Below, one piece after another: positions 35,364 through 45,747 of a stretch of DNA of 64,000 bases (the first letter of the stretch is position 1; each line of letters opens with the position of its first letter). Both the position numbers and the translations under genes were made by a program. The notes beneath the pieces were generated by a model, which saw nothing but the letters and a program-made list of their open reading frames with translations, had not been told where the DNA came from and searched no databases. Source of the stretch: Candidatus Altiarchaeota archaeon (lineage in GTDB: Archaea > Altiarchaeota > Altiarchaeia > IMC4 > SCGC-AAA252-I15); assembly GCA_043813075.1 (NCBI GenBank), contig JBDRLL010000020.1, positions 1-64,000 on the forward strand, given 5' to 3'.

Positions 35364-36505
35364 CCTAAAGCACCCCCGTTAAAGTCCACGATCCTCTCGC
35401 CTCCAGTCTTAGCGTCCACTACGATAGCCCGGTTCGCGCAGCAGAGGCACGGGTCGCATGAGACCACTGTGAGCATGCCATCAGTAAGATGGTCTCCCAC
35501 ACAAGCCTTCTCCACTGCGCCGAGATTGGTTGTCGTCGGAGTCCTGATGCGGTAGTTCCTCACTTTCCCGCCGGCATCAACCTTAAGCGAATGGTACAGC
35601 TCCCCCCTCGGAGCCTCCATGTATGATGATGCGAATTCAGTGTCTAACTCTGGTTTATCATAGCTGACTATCGGGCCTGACGGAACACCCTCCAACACCT
35701 GCCTGATGACCTTCATGGACTCCATCATCTCAAGCCCTCTGGACACTATCCTCGCCTTGTTGTCCCCCTCCTTCAACACCACCACGTTGAAGTCGAAGTC
35801 CTCGTACTCTGGAATCTCCTTCCTCCAGTCGTCCTTTAAGCCCGAGGAACGCGCCACCGGCCCAACTGCATGCGTCTCATCAGCAATCTTCCCGCTCAAG
35901 ACCCCGGTCCCGGAAACCCGGGACATCACCAGCGGGTCGTCCAGAACCCTTTCGACAAACGACTTTAGTCCAGACTCCAGGCCGTCCACCATCACCCCTA
36001 TCCTCTTGACTAGCTGGTCATCCAGGTCGCACCTGGGTCTTATACCTCCGATGACCGGCACCGCATAGTGGACCCTGTTTCCTGAGAACTCGTGCATTAT
36101 GCCCATAACCGACTCCCTGAGCGCGAAGGAACGGTAGGAGAACGTCTCCTGACCAAGGACTTCGAACGCATGCCCGAAGAAAAGGAGGTGCGAGTGAAGC
36201 CTCTCAAGCTCCGCAGCCATCACCCTCACGTAGTTAGCCCTCTCAGGCACGTTTATCTGGCAGGTCTTCTCAGTCACCCTGCATGAACTCCACAAGTGTA
36301 TGTGCGAGCATATCCCGCATACCCTCTCCGTCACGATGTTCGCGTTTTTTATGGGCAGACCCTCCAGTATCCTCTCAACACCCTTGTGGGCTGCGTTGAA
36401 TGTTATCTCACAGTCCTCTATGACCTCGTCTTCCACGAGGAAGCGTATCCTGAACGGCTCAAGCAAAGCCGGGTGGACCACTCCAACAGGCACGTCAATC
36501 TTCAT
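35360..36505 (-). CDS. ehbN: Group 4 [NiFe]-hydrogenase large subunit
   Basis: [18 protein letters not shown] (L1), [18 protein letters not shown] and DPCLCCANR (L2) followed by a cleavable C-terminal extension. Confidence 0.92.
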   Translation of the reverse strand: MKIDVPVGVVHPALLEPFRIRFLVEDEVIEDCEITFNAAHKGVERILEGLPIKNANIVTERVCGICSHIHLWSSCRVTEKTCQINVPERANYVRVMAAELERLHSHLLFFGHAFEVLGQETFSYRSFALRESVMGIMHEFSGNRVHYAVPVIGGIRPRCDLDDQLVKRIGVMVDGLESGLKSFVERVLDDPLVMSRVSGTGVLSGKIADETHAVGPVARSSGLKDDWRKEIPEYEDFDFNVVVLKEGDNKARIVSRGLEMMESMKVIRQVLEGVPSGPIVSYDKPELDTEFASSYMEAPRGELYHSLKVDAGGKVRNYRIRTPTTTNLGAVEKACVGDHLTDGMLTVVSCDPCLCCANRAIVVDAKTGGERIVDFNGGALG

Positions 36506-36951
36506 CCCTCATCCTCCAGAATCTTCGGCAAAGCCGCGACAACGCCAGCTATCATGTCTTCAGGCCTCGGCGGGCATCCTGTCACATTCCCGTCCACCGG
36601 GATTATCTTCGCTAAAGGCCCTTCAATATGGTCTCCAGGACCGAGTTCCCCGTACACGTTCAAGTACACGCAGCCCTTTATCGCGCACGATCCCACAGCC
36701 AACACCGCCTTAGGTTCTGGTATGCTCTCATATATCTCCTTAAGTGGTTCGAGGGTTCTCTTTGTGACAGGTCCTGTGACAGCCAGCACGTCAGCCTCCC
36801 TGGGATTCCACGTCAGGAACACCCTGTACTGCTCCAGGTCATAGTACGGCGACAGAAGGGCGTTAACCATCTCTATGTCACAGCCGTTGCATCCGCCAGT
36901 GTACACGAGCATCACGTGAACCGACCTCCTTCTCGAACAATTCTTAAGCAT
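36502..36951 (-). CDS. ehbM: Group 4 [NiFe]-hydrogenase small subunit (NuoB-like)
   Basis: [20 protein letters not shown] and GCPPRP. ATG 36951 follows GGTGA (alternative start 36963). Confidence 0.92.
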   Translation of the reverse strand: MLKNCSRRRSVHVMLVYTGGCNGCDIEMVNALLSPYYDLEQYRVFLTWNPREADVLAVTGPVTKRTLEPLKEIYESIPEPKAVLAVGSCAIKGCVYLNVYGELGPGDHIEGPLAKIIPVDGNVTGCPPRPEDMIAGVVAALPKILEDEG

Positions 36952-37375
36952 TCGAATCACCATCCGCCCTCTTGAAGAGGTCCCTGGCCTTAACGCCAGT
37001 CACCTTCACACCCCTCGGGTGTATCGAGCCCGCAATCTTGTGGAGCGTGAACGTCGGGCAGTTGTCATGGCACTGGAAGCAGTAAACGCACTTCATGTGG
37101 TCTATCTCCGGCACCTTCTCCTTAAACCTCTTGTCAGTCAACTCTATCCTCTCTTCAAGCGGCCTCATTGTTATCGCCTTTGTGGGGCATATGTGGCTGC
37201 AGACCCCGCAGCCCAGACAAAGGTCTTCATCAACTGTCACAAGGGGGGGTATGCTGTTGGACAGTATGTTCCTCCTCATCTCCATGTCTGTGAGTCTTGA
37301 GGTGCCGAAGAGTATCTTCGGTATGTTATGCACTCCGAATGCCACGTGCTTCAATATCCTCAGCAGAGACCTCAT
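36944..37375 (-). CDS. ehbL: 2x[4Fe-4S] hydrogenase subunit (NuoI-like)
   Basis: [12 protein letters not shown] and [12 protein letters not shown]. Confidence 0.85.
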   Translation of the reverse strand: MRSLLRILKHVAFGVHNIPKILFGTSRLTDMEMRRNILSNSIPPLVTVDEDLCLGCGVCSHICPTKAITMRPLEERIELTDKRFKEKVPEIDHMKCVYCFQCHDNCPTFTLHKIAGSIHPRGVKVTGVKARDLFKRADGDSNA

Positions 37376-37590
37376 CTTCCCCTCCGAATCATTGAGCCCA
37401 AAGCCAGGCCTGCGAGAGCAGACAGTATTATGCCTGAAAAAGGATGCTGCCCATAGTACGGGTAATCCTTGACAAGCAATGCCATGGTCAAGGACAATAC
37501 GGCGAGAGCACTGCCACTGCCCTTAAACCTTATCCTGCTGCCGTATAAAACACCGATTCCCGCTGATATGATGAATGGCGCGATAATCAA
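37372..37590 (-). CDS. ehbJ: Small membrane subunit, EhbJ-like
   Basis: Three short TM helices with a YPYY motif; operon position. Confidence 0.6.
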   Translation of the reverse strand: MIIAPFIISAGIGVLYGSRIRFKGSGSALAVLSLTMALLVKDYPYYGQHPFSGIILSALAGLALGSMIRRGR

Positions 37591-38336
37591 TCCCTCACCT
37601 CCAGCAGAACTAGTAGTATGGTCATCAAGCCAGCTGAAACCTTAAGCATTATGGCGATATTCAGGTACGGGAGTATCCCCGACTTCAGCGAGTCAGGATA
37701 ATCGAGGAGGTACTCGACAGAAGAAGGAGCGACACCATATATGTCCGAGCCAACGTTATACAAATAGTAGCCTCCAGCAAACAATCCAACAAGTCCGAGA
37801 GTCAGGTATGCGAGCAGGCCAAACGACTCCATCAAGACGAGGAACTCATGCGTCATCCTATACATATGCCCCCTCCCGTATACTACCAGGGATATCAGCC
37901 CGCCTGCCGCTATTATCGCACCGCCCTGGAAGCCGCCTCCAGGCGTTATATGCCCTCCGAGCGTCACGTATATCCCATACGCGGTAGTCAACACTATCAT
38001 GAACGGCGTCGCATAGTCAAGTATTACGCCCGGCTTAACGTCTTCACCGGTATCCCCCCGTTTCTCAACAGCATCAACCAGCCCCCCTCTACCATACAAC
38101 ATCGATACTGCGAGAACTCCTGTAACCAGCACAAGGCACTCGCCCAGGGTGTCGAAGCCCCTCCAGTCGAGTATGACCGACGCCACCACGTTAGGCGATA
38201 TCCTCGTGCCCTCCAGTATGTACACGAGATTAATGCCTGGATCAACCGTCACCATAGACAGGCTGTACATGAGGGTGAAACACAAGACGCTGAAGAAAAC
38301 AAATGCGACGATACTCCTGTCTACCATGGCCTCCAC
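37587..38336 (-). CDS. MnhB-like membrane subunit, apparent EhbH-EhbI fusion
   Basis: N-terminal VILDWRGFDTLGE plus C-terminal HITPGGGFQGGA. Confidence 0.82.
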   Translation of the reverse strand: MEAMVDRSIVAFVFFSVLCFTLMYSLSMVTVDPGINLVYILEGTRISPNVVASVILDWRGFDTLGECLVLVTGVLAVSMLYGRGGLVDAVEKRGDTGEDVKPGVILDYATPFMIVLTTAYGIYVTLGGHITPGGGFQGGAIIAAGGLISLVVYGRGHMYRMTHEFLVLMESFGLLAYLTLGLVGLFAGGYYLYNVGSDIYGVAPSSVEYLLDYPDSLKSGILPYLNIAIMLKVSAGLMTILLVLLEVRD

Positions 38337-38626
38337 CCCACGAGCAGCACGACAGCAGTAATGGCAGCGAGGAAGTAGAACAACAGGTTCTGGAACCTGT
38401 CGTTGTTCTCACTGAAGACGCTGAACGAGAGGACGCTGCCCCTCAACATGAGTAATGTTACTGCGGAGGCGATGACACCCCCAACCAATCCGAAGAGAAC
38501 CCTGAACAACAGGAAAACGAACAGCACGAGTGCGGTGGCCAGCTGGAATTCAGTCGCCAAGACCGAGGACACTCTAGCAGAGTCCTTCACCCCCTCCCCC
38601 CCGTATAGCTCATCGTAGCCCATCAC
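38321..38626 (-). CDS. ehbG: Small membrane subunit, EhbG-like
   Basis: Three hydrophobic helices; lies between the MnhD-like and MnhB-like genes. Confidence 0.55.
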   Translation of the reverse strand: MMGYDELYGGEGVKDSARVSSVLATEFQLATALVLFVFLLFRVLFGLVGGVIASAVTLLMLRGSVLSFSVFSENNDRFQNLLFYFLAAITAVVLLVGWRPW

Positions 38627-40083
38627 TTAACACTCCACAACAATCCTACCTCCTCAGCAAGAGGCCGTATGTATTGCACCGCAAGCTCAGGGTAAACCCC
38701 CAGTATGACGCACAATGCCACAAGCACGAACAATGCTACCACATGAGTGACCGGCACTCCCTCATCAATGGACTCGACGTCATTCCTCCTCAAGTATATC
38801 ATGTAGAACGCCTTCATCATCGACACGAACGTCGCTATGCTGACGAGGATCATCACTACAGCGATTTCAGGGAGGCCGACGTCCAACGCGGACTTCAGCA
38901 GCAGCAGCTTGCTCTGGAAACCGTTGAAAGGCGGTATCCCAGATATCGCGAACTTGGCGCCAAGAACGAGAACACCCACAAAAGGTATTGCCGTCAAGGC
39001 GCCACCCAACCTGTGGAAGTCGGTTGTCCTGCTCCTGTACTTGACGCACTCACACCCCACGAACAACGCCGACTTGTACAGTGCGTTGTTGACTGCGTGA
39101 AATATCCCTGCGACAATCCCCAAGGGCGTGCCGATGCTCAGTCCGGAGGCAACGTAGCCTGCCTGGCTTACGGCGTGATAAGAAAGCAGCCTCTTGTAGT
39201 CGTCCTGCCTCAATGCCATCACGACGCCGAAGACCATGGCGCCCATTGACAGCGCGAGCATGACGGGCCTCACGGAATCCACCCCCCTGAATAGCCTCAA
39301 GAGTATGAGCGCGAAGGAGACGAGTATGAACTTGGTCTGCGTCTGTATCAGGCCTGCCGCGTGGGGTTCTGCGCTGCCGTACAACTCAGACTTGATGTTA
39401 TGGAACGGGTACAGGCCTGAAGCGTAAGCCCATCCAAAGACCAGCAGTCCGCAGGCAAGCATCAGGACAGGGCTAGAGTATATTCCAGGGCCCATCGACT
39501 TCAGATGGTTCTCTATGTCAGTCACGTTGAGGGAGCCTGCTGACGACAATAGGAGCGCTGCACCCAACAGTATCATGTTGGCTGCTATGTTGCCGACCAC
39601 CAGGTATTTGAGCGACGCCTTTATGGACTCCAGTGTCCCTGTGGCTATCACCAAGGCGACCTGCGTTATGAGTGCTATCTCAAGGAACACGTAGAAGTTG
39701 AATATGTCGTCGGTCAGCACTGCCGCAGTGCAGGATGCGACGCCCAGCACCATAAAGCTAAGGTAGACTCCAGACGGATTCTTGAAGGCCCCCAGGTAGG
39801 AGACTACCGACAGATAGGCGATAAGGCACAATACAAGTATGACAATCATCTTCTGCGTGTTGAACAGGTATACTATCCCCGGAACGATGCTCGTCCCATA
39901 AGCCTCCCTCGTGTGGGCGCCGAACGTATGGCTCCCATAGGCGATGAACAAAGGCAGGAGGACTAACACAAACCCGAGGGACAGTATGACGTGCTTGACG
40001 AAGACCCTACCGTGAAGGAGGTTCAATATTACCGCGGTTATTAGGGGGAACACGACCATCAACGGTATGAACGTGGATTCCAC
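38623..40083 (-). CDS. ehbF: Antiporter-like ion-translocating subunit (MnhD/NuoM-N family)
   Basis: TDDIFNFYVFLEI, ASLKY, RLLSYHAVSQAGY, HAVNNALYKSALF and GIPPFNGFQSK. Confidence 0.9.
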   Translation of the reverse strand: MESTFIPLMVVFPLITAVILNLLHGRVFVKHVILSLGFVLVLLPLFIAYGSHTFGAHTREAYGTSIVPGIVYLFNTQKMIVILVLCLIAYLSVVSYLGAFKNPSGVYLSFMVLGVASCTAAVLTDDIFNFYVFLEIALITQVALVIATGTLESIKASLKYLVVGNIAANMILLGAALLLSSAGSLNVTDIENHLKSMGPGIYSSPVLMLACGLLVFGWAYASGLYPFHNIKSELYGSAEPHAAGLIQTQTKFILVSFALILLRLFRGVDSVRPVMLALSMGAMVFGVVMALRQDDYKRLLSYHAVSQAGYVASGLSIGTPLGIVAGIFHAVNNALYKSALFVGCECVKYRSRTTDFHRLGGALTAIPFVGVLVLGAKFAISGIPPFNGFQSKLLLLKSALDVGLPEIAVVMILVSIATFVSMMKAFYMIYLRRNDVESIDEGVPVTHVVALFVLVALCVILGVYPELAVQYIRPLAEEVGLLWSVK

Positions 40084-40440
40084 TCACCCCTCACCCCACA
40101 TCTTCCTAGCGCTCAGGCTGTTGCACTGGCAGTAGGCCTTGATGCACAAGCCCAGTATAAGCGTGATGGTTGAGACGCTGATGACTATGGCGGTCAGCAC
40201 CAGAGCCATCGTCAGAGGGTATGCTGAGAGGGATGTGAAAGTGGCGCCACCAATCTCTGGGGTCAGTATTGGCACGATGCCCCCCTCTCTGTAGCCCATC
40301 GCTATGAGCACGAGGTTAACGCCGTCTGAAATGAACACGAGTCCCATAACCTTCTTTATCATGTTGTCTATGAACACGACTGCGAACAATCCTATGGCAA
40401 TTAATGCTCCTGCGGTCATGAAAGACGCCGTCTGTATCAC
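40084..40440 (-). CDS. ehbE: MnhC-like subunit
   Basis: NMIKKVMGL...GVNL and PLTMALVLTAIVI. Confidence 0.85.
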   Translation of the reverse strand: MIQTASFMTAGALIAIGLFAVVFIDNMIKKVMGLVFISDGVNLVLIAMGYREGGIVPILTPEIGGATFTSLSAYPLTMALVLTAIVISVSTITLILGLCIKAYCQCNSLSARKMWGEG

Positions 40441-40673
40441 TCCTCAAACCTCCTGGTCTTGTACACGGTGATCACGAATATCGCCGGCAGTATGGTCGAG
40501 CAGATTATGGCCTGCGTCAACGCGACGTCGGGTGCCAGCAGCTTCTGGAACAGGAATGCGAGTGCCAGACCCTCTATGCCGGTGCCTATTATCACCGCCT
40601 TCATAAGGTCTTTCGGCAGCAGTGAGGCTATCGCCACTATCACCGCTGAAAACATCAGCACGTACTCTATCAT
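40437..40673 (-). CDS. ehbD: DUF4040 / EhbD-like subunit
   Basis: KDLMKAVI...LLAPDVALTQAI. Confidence 0.85.
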   Translation of the reverse strand: MIEYVLMFSAVIVAIASLLPKDLMKAVIIGTGIEGLALAFLFQKLLAPDVALTQAIICSTILPAIFVITVYKTRRFEE

Positions 40674-40924
40674 GCCTCAACCTCCCTATGGTATCTGGTG
40701 TTAGCCACCGCGTGAGCGACGATGGGGGCCAGCAGCAGGTAGGACAATGCTATAAGATAATACCCCATGCTGGCCATAGCTATGATGCATGCCACGTCCA
40801 CGACTCCCGCAATATGGAGTCTAGCGTACTCTATGTTCCTCCTCTCTCCGAACCTTATCAGTCCGACCGACCCTATCAGGACGCCCATCCCGCATGCTAT
40901 CAGCACCACATCAACAACAGTCAC
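40670..40924 (-). CDS. ehbC: MnhG-like subunit
   Basis: GLIRF...YARLHIAGVVD...APIVAHAVANT. Confidence 0.82.
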   Translation of the reverse strand: MTVVDVVLIACGMGVLIGSVGLIRFGERRNIEYARLHIAGVVDVACIIAMASMGYYLIALSYLLLAPIVAHAVANTRYHREVEA

Positions 40925-41178
40925 TTGAACAACCCTCCCCTAAGCATCTTAGCGTACATTATGGAGCCTACGGCTCCCGGAAGTATGAGTACGAAGGCTA
41001 TGTCGGAGCTGAAGCCCAATCCATAGTACTCCTGCAGCAGCGCAAGCCCTGTGACAGCGCATATCAGGGCGACGTTCAAGCCGATTATGGAGTTCTCACT
41101 TCTTCCAGTCAGAACCAGTTGGGTTCCGGCTATGACCCCCACCGCAAGGCAAGCCATCAGGAACAGCGCTGGTATCAC
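40921..41178 (-). CDS. ehbB: MnhF-like subunit
   Basis: Three TM helices with DIAFVL...GAVGSIMYAKML. Confidence 0.75.
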   Translation of the reverse strand: MIPALFLMACLAVGVIAGTQLVLTGRSENSIIGLNVALICAVTGLALLQEYYGLGFSSDIAFVLILPGAVGSIMYAKMLRGGLFK

Positions 41179-41486
41179 TCAAACACACCCCCTATAAACC
41201 GTTCGAACGGTATGACTTCCACCTGCTCTTTAGGCTTTATGACAGCGACCTTAAGGACCCTCCTGCTGGAGTCCACTTCGACAGTCAGGGTGCCAGGCGT
41301 GAGGGTTATCGAGTTTGCTAGGAAGAAGTGTGAGATAGGCTTCTCTAGGACGGTCTTGACCTCCATAACCTCCGGTTCCACATCCCCCTTCAAGACAAGG
41401 TAGGATACGTTAAACGCTGATTTAAGTATATTGTACCCTAGGTTAAGCACATACAGGACTGCATAGTATAATCTCTTGACAATCAA
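41175..41486 (-). CDS. ehbA: MnhE-like subunit
   Basis: LANSITLTPGTLTVEVD and IPFE. Confidence 0.87.
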   Translation of the reverse strand: MIVKRLYYAVLYVLNLGYNILKSAFNVSYLVLKGDVEPEVMEVKTVLEKPISHFFLANSITLTPGTLTVEVDSSRRVLKVAVIKPKEQVEVIPFERFIGGVFE

Positions 41487-41542
41487 TTTGATATTAATTA
41501 GAATCCTAATAGAAAAACACTACGGTGTCTTCCGGGAAACCG

Positions 41543-42745
41543 TCATGAAAGGAATTTCCTGGCCAACGGCAGTAGTTTAGGCGCCTTTGCCACGAAAATC
41601 TTGAGCAGGTACTTGTAGTCTCCGGACATGACCTTCAGCACATCCTCTCCCGACACTATGTCTGCTATGCCCTCAAAGTCGTTGTCATCGCACTTCTCGA
41701 GGAAGAGCCTTATCCTCATCAGCTTCTCCAGGTATGCCCCATCCTTCTCGTGCCAGACCCTCTCATACTCTGAAAGCCTCTCCCTAGAAACATCCCCCTC
41801 CCTTATCGCCTCTGCTGCAATGCCCGCAGCCAGTTTGGCGGCGTCCATGGCCAAGCCTATGCCGCCACCGTGTATGGGGTTTACCTGCTGTGCCGCGTCC
41901 CCGACCACCATGAATCCGTCAAGTACGAACGTGTCTACCGCGGCGCTGACCGGTATGCCTCCGGCGTTAACCTCAATGGGGCTGGCTCCCTCGAATATCT
42001 CCGGATGATTCTCTATGAACCTGTCCAAATAGTCTCTCGCACGACTGCCTTCATCTGACCTGGTGCCGACTATCCCTATCCCAACGTTCGCCGTACGGTT
42101 GCCTTTCGGGAATATCCACACATAACCCTTCGGAGCCACATCATTCCCGAAATATATGGCGAGAGTCTGCTCGTCAAAGTTCTTCAACCCACCCATCTCA
42201 TACTGGAATCCGGAATGATAGTCCTTCAGGTGGTTTAGAGTGTTTATGCCTGCCTTCTTCGCCATCAGGGAGTCAACGCCGTCGGCGGCTATGACTATCC
42301 TCGATGAGACGCTGAACTCCTCACCCAAGTATTCCGCCCTAACACCCCTAACGCCGCCGCCGTCAATAACCACGTCTGTGACAAGCGTCTTGACCATGTA
42401 CCTCGCCCCAGCCTTTATAGCTTCCGCAGCCAAATGCTTCTCAAAATTCTTCCTCTCCAGCACAAAACCCTCCGTAGTCTGGTTCTGGACGAGTATCCTC
42501 TTACCACTCGGAGAATATAGTGAAGCACTCACAATCCTCTGCACAGCCCAACGAGGGTTAGGATCAATACCATGCTTCTTCAAGCTCATTATGTTCAGGC
42601 CTTCCGCACACCTCTTGGGTGCGCCTATCTCCTGCCTCTTCTCCAGGACGAGCACGTCGACGCCTGCCTTAGCCAGGTTGACTGCCGCGATGCTTCCAGC
42701 AGGGCCTGCACCCACTATCACAACGTCTACAGTAAGGTCTTTCAT
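41543..42745 (-). CDS. Digeranylgeranylglycerophospholipid (geranylgeranyl) reductase
   Basis: VGAGPAG, EIGAPKRCAEG, AADG, APKGYVWIFPKG, ANVGIG and GDAA.QVNPIHGGGI. Confidence 0.92.
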   Translation of the reverse strand: MKDLTVDVVIVGAGPAGSIAAVNLAKAGVDVLVLEKRQEIGAPKRCAEGLNIMSLKKHGIDPNPRWAVQRIVSASLYSPSGKRILVQNQTTEGFVLERKNFEKHLAAEAIKAGARYMVKTLVTDVVIDGGGVRGVRAEYLGEEFSVSSRIVIAADGVDSLMAKKAGINTLNHLKDYHSGFQYEMGGLKNFDEQTLAIYFGNDVAPKGYVWIFPKGNRTANVGIGIVGTRSDEGSRARDYLDRFIENHPEIFEGASPIEVNAGGIPVSAAVDTFVLDGFMVVGDAAQQVNPIHGGGIGLAMDAAKLAAGIAAEAIREGDVSRERLSEYERVWHEKDGAYLEKLMRIRLFLEKCDDNDFEGIADIVSGEDVLKVMSGDYKYLLKIFVAKAPKLLPLARKFLS

Positions 42746-42918
42746 CTCTTACCCTCCTTGACCATTGCACCTGCAGGACAGAACTTAAAACATAGTCCGC
42801 AGTCGTTGCATTTATCCTGGTCTATGTCGATGAGGGTCTCCCTGAGTTCTATGGCATTCTGGGGGCATACTCCAACGCACCCGCCGCAATACAAGCATAC
42901 CCTCCTGTTGACTTGCAT
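42742..42918 (-). CDS. 2x[4Fe-4S] ferredoxin (58 aa) coupled to the geranylgeranyl reductase; not in the ORF track
   Basis: Hand translation MQVNRRVCLYCGGCVGVCPQNAIELRETLIDIDQDKCNDCGLCFKFCPAGAMVKEGKR. ATGA overlap with the reductase. Confidence 0.92.
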   Translation of the reverse strand: MQVNRRVCLYCGGCVGVCPQNAIELRETLIDIDQDKCNDCGLCFKFCPAGAMVKEGKR

Positions 42919-43025
42919 TTTAGTCTATAAAATAGTTTTATACCTTATTAAGCTTGCTTATAATATATAAATAATCGTATTATGGGTGTCTTTTACACTC
43001 TCGTCAGAAGGGTTGGTTGAAGAGA

Positions 43026-43754
43026 ATGAAGCATGATGTTAACATAATACTCCTGGGTTTGGTACTGTTCCTCGTAGTCTCCATGATAGCGTTGGTCGTG
43101 TACTACAGGATAACATACGAGCAGTTGAACGAGGACTACAGGACAAAGAAGACGGAACTCCAGAATCTGACGTACTCCCTAAATTCCACAATGATGCGGG
43201 TTCAGGCCCGGGATGAGGAGCTTGCAAGGATCGAAAAGCAGCTGAGGGACTTCGCAGACCAGTTGAACCTGTCCAAGACGAGGGAGTCCGCCCTCGGAGA
43301 GCATTTCACTGAACTGAAGGGCGAGAAGGGGGAGCTTTCAGACGATCTGAACAAGACTATGACCGAGCGTGCGAGATATGAGAAGCTATACAACCAGTAC
43401 TACACCGACTACCGGGTATGCAAGCAGGACTACGAGCACAAGGTGACTGAACTCACCAACGCGAACAACCGTATGAACACGATGATATCGCAGGCAGCTC
43501 AGATAGACGAGAAGGCGTACTACCTTGACACCAGGATTAACAGCATACCAGACAAGCTGAGCGCGATATACAAGAAAGCGGACGACATAGACGACCTCGC
43601 TGGCGGGATAGCCAACAAATCGATTAAAGGCGACATAGAAGACTCTGCGAGAGACATAAAGAGCCTTAGGGGTGAGGTAAACGACGTTGTGACCTCCATA
43701 GAGGGAACGTCCAACGCCATCGCGACGCTAGCAGCTGCCATAAAGAATGGATGA
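43026..43754 (+). CDS. Single-pass membrane protein with a long coiled coil
   Basis: TM ILLGLVLFLVVSMIALVVYY, then ~200 aa of heptad repeats. TTG 43017 is an alternative start. Confidence 0.78.
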   Translation: MKHDVNIILLGLVLFLVVSMIALVVYYRITYEQLNEDYRTKKTELQNLTYSLNSTMMRVQARDEELARIEKQLRDFADQLNLSKTRESALGEHFTELKGEKGELSDDLNKTMTERARYEKLYNQYYTDYRVCKQDYEHKVTELTNANNRMNTMISQAAQIDEKAYYLDTRINSIPDKLSAIYKKADDIDDLAGGIANKSIKGDIEDSARDIKSLRGEVNDVVTSIEGTSNAIATLAAAIKNG

Positions 43755-44658
43755 CCTCATAAGCAAGCTAAGGGAGGCTACCGCCGTATACGCGGGCCTC
43801 AGGGCATACAAGCTGGTGTTAGACCTCGCCATCAGCTTCCTCGCCGCATCCATACTGCTGCAGATAATCGGCTTCCAGATGATATACTCCCTCATACCCG
43901 CAGGCATATACGTGCTAATCCAACTGGCCTTAGAACTCAGGAGGATGAACGTCATCAAGAGGATAGGCGGCAGGTACCATGGCCTCGACGAGAGCCTGGA
44001 GACCGCCTACGAGTACCGGGACGCTGACAACATAATCGTCCAGAGCCTTATGTCAGACGTCTCTAAGGAGATGGACAACGTGGAGTCGTCCACCTTCTTC
44101 GACCAGCGTGAGATAACCCGGCGGGTGATTGTGACGATAGTGCTATTGTTCGTGATGATGACGATAACAGTACTGGACTTGAGGGGTGCTTTGATAGATT
44201 TCATGGTGGACAACACAAATCTGGGCAGGGACTTGAACGACAAGTACGGTGATGCGAAAAACCAGTTCCAGACCATGTTCGGGGACCGGTGGGAGCAGAG
44301 CAACTGGACTACCGACAAGGAGAAGGAGAAGCTTGGCGCGGAGTCAGGGGGCGACAGGCCTGGGATAAGCGAGGGCCCAATACCCGGCACTGGAGGTGGT
44401 GTAGGCAGCGACTCTGGTAAAGACATATACGGGAAGGCTTCTTCAGCCAACATAAACGGGGAGAACGTACAATTTCAATTGCATCCCGAGTATGGTGGTG
44501 AGATAGAGATACGCGAGTCCGGGGGTCGTATAGTGCAGAACAAGTTCGAGCTCGCGACCGTGGAATCAGCCGAGACGTGTGATGAATGCGTTATAGGGCC
44601 TGAGCACGAGGAGGTTGTGCGCAAGTACTTCGAGAAGATACTCGCGGAAAATAAATGA
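43747..44658 (+). CDS. Membrane protein associated with the MoxR/vWA operon
   Basis: Three TM helices, L.E.LETAY motif, Gly-rich linker and C-terminal EEVVRKYFEKI. Confidence 0.78.
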   Translation: MDDLISKLREATAVYAGLRAYKLVLDLAISFLAASILLQIIGFQMIYSLIPAGIYVLIQLALELRRMNVIKRIGGRYHGLDESLETAYEYRDADNIIVQSLMSDVSKEMDNVESSTFFDQREITRRVIVTIVLLFVMMTITVLDLRGALIDFMVDNTNLGRDLNDKYGDAKNQFQTMFGDRWEQSNWTTDKEKEKLGAESGGDRPGISEGPIPGTGGGVGSDSGKDIYGKASSANINGENVQFQLHPEYGGEIEIRESGGRIVQNKFELATVESAETCDECVIGPEHEEVVRKYFEKILAENK

Positions 44659-44686
44659 GGTTAAATACAATTATCATAGGTGTTTA

Positions 44687-45742
44687 ATGATGGCAACTGG
44701 AGGAAAAAGCATCTGGGATTCGGCAGACGACTCCCAGACTTCGAAGCAAAGGAAATCAGAGAGACGGGAGGAGGAGCTGGATTTAAAGGCAGTCTACTCC
44801 CAGATGGGCGGTACCTACTCGAGCATCAAGGAGGAGGTAGGCAAGGTGATAGTCGGTCAGGACGACATATTAGAGCAGCTTCTGATAGCCATATTCACGG
44901 ACAGTCACGCGCTGCTGGAGGGATTCCCTGGGCTGGGCAAGACCATGATGGTTAGGACGCTATCGAGCGTGATGGACATGAAGTTCCGCCGCATACAGTG
45001 CACTCCAGACCTGATGCCTTCAGACATCACCGGAACCCACATAGTGGAGGAGGACGCGGACGGCAGGAAGCGCTTCCGATTCGAGGAGGGTCCGGTGTTC
45101 ACCAACATACTTCTGGCGGACGAGATAAACCGTGCGACGCCAAAATCACAGTCCGCCCTGCTCGAGAGCATGCAGGAGCGGCAGGTTACCATGGGCAACA
45201 CCACCCACAAGCTGGACCGCCCGTTTTTCGTGCTCGCAACCCAGAACCCCATAGAGATGGAGGGAACATACCCGCTGCCCGAAGCCCAGATAGACCGTTT
45301 CCTGCTGAAGATCATGGTGGGCTACCCGACGAAAGACCAGGAAGACAGGATAATAGAACGGTATACCAGTGAGATATCCCCCACAGTAAGGCGCGTCCTA
45401 AAGAAGGAGCAGGTCCTGGCCATACAGGAGCTGGCTAAGAAGATGCCGATATCCCGGGAAGTGAGGGAATACGCCCTTAACATAGTGACTGCGTCAAGGC
45501 CTGACAACGACGGGGCAGCGTCATCCTACCTCGACTACGGCGCCTCACCGAGGGCTTCCATCGGCCTCGTCCTAGCCGCAAAGGCGATGGCGCTGCTGAG
45601 GGGCAGGAACTACGTGAGCAGGGATGACGTGAAGGCCATGTCCTACCCTGTCCTAAGGCATAGGATAATCCTGAACTTCGAGTCCGAGAGGAAGGGCATG
45701 AGCACCGACGACGTGATAAACGAAATCCTTAAGGAAGTATAG
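44687..45742 (+). CDS. moxR: MoxR-family AAA+ ATPase
   Basis: GFPGLGKT, RIQCTPDLMPSDITG, LADEINRATPK.QSALLE, ATQNPIE.EGTYPLPEAQ.DRF and GASPR. Confidence 0.95.
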   Translation: MMATGGKSIWDSADDSQTSKQRKSERREEELDLKAVYSQMGGTYSSIKEEVGKVIVGQDDILEQLLIAIFTDSHALLEGFPGLGKTMMVRTLSSVMDMKFRRIQCTPDLMPSDITGTHIVEEDADGRKRFRFEEGPVFTNILLADEINRATPKSQSALLESMQERQVTMGNTTHKLDRPFFVLATQNPIEMEGTYPLPEAQIDRFLLKIMVGYPTKDQEDRIIERYTSEISPTVRRVLKKEQVLAIQELAKKMPISREVREYALNIVTASRPDNDGAASSYLDYGASPRASIGLVLAAKAMALLRGRNYVSRDDVKAMSYPVLRHRIILNFESERKGMSTDDVINEILKEV

Positions 45743-45747
45743 CCAGA

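Noticed and set aside
35360-36505. Selenocysteine-containing hydrogenase
   Set aside because: Both metal-binding motifs use Cys codons and there is no in-frame TGA.
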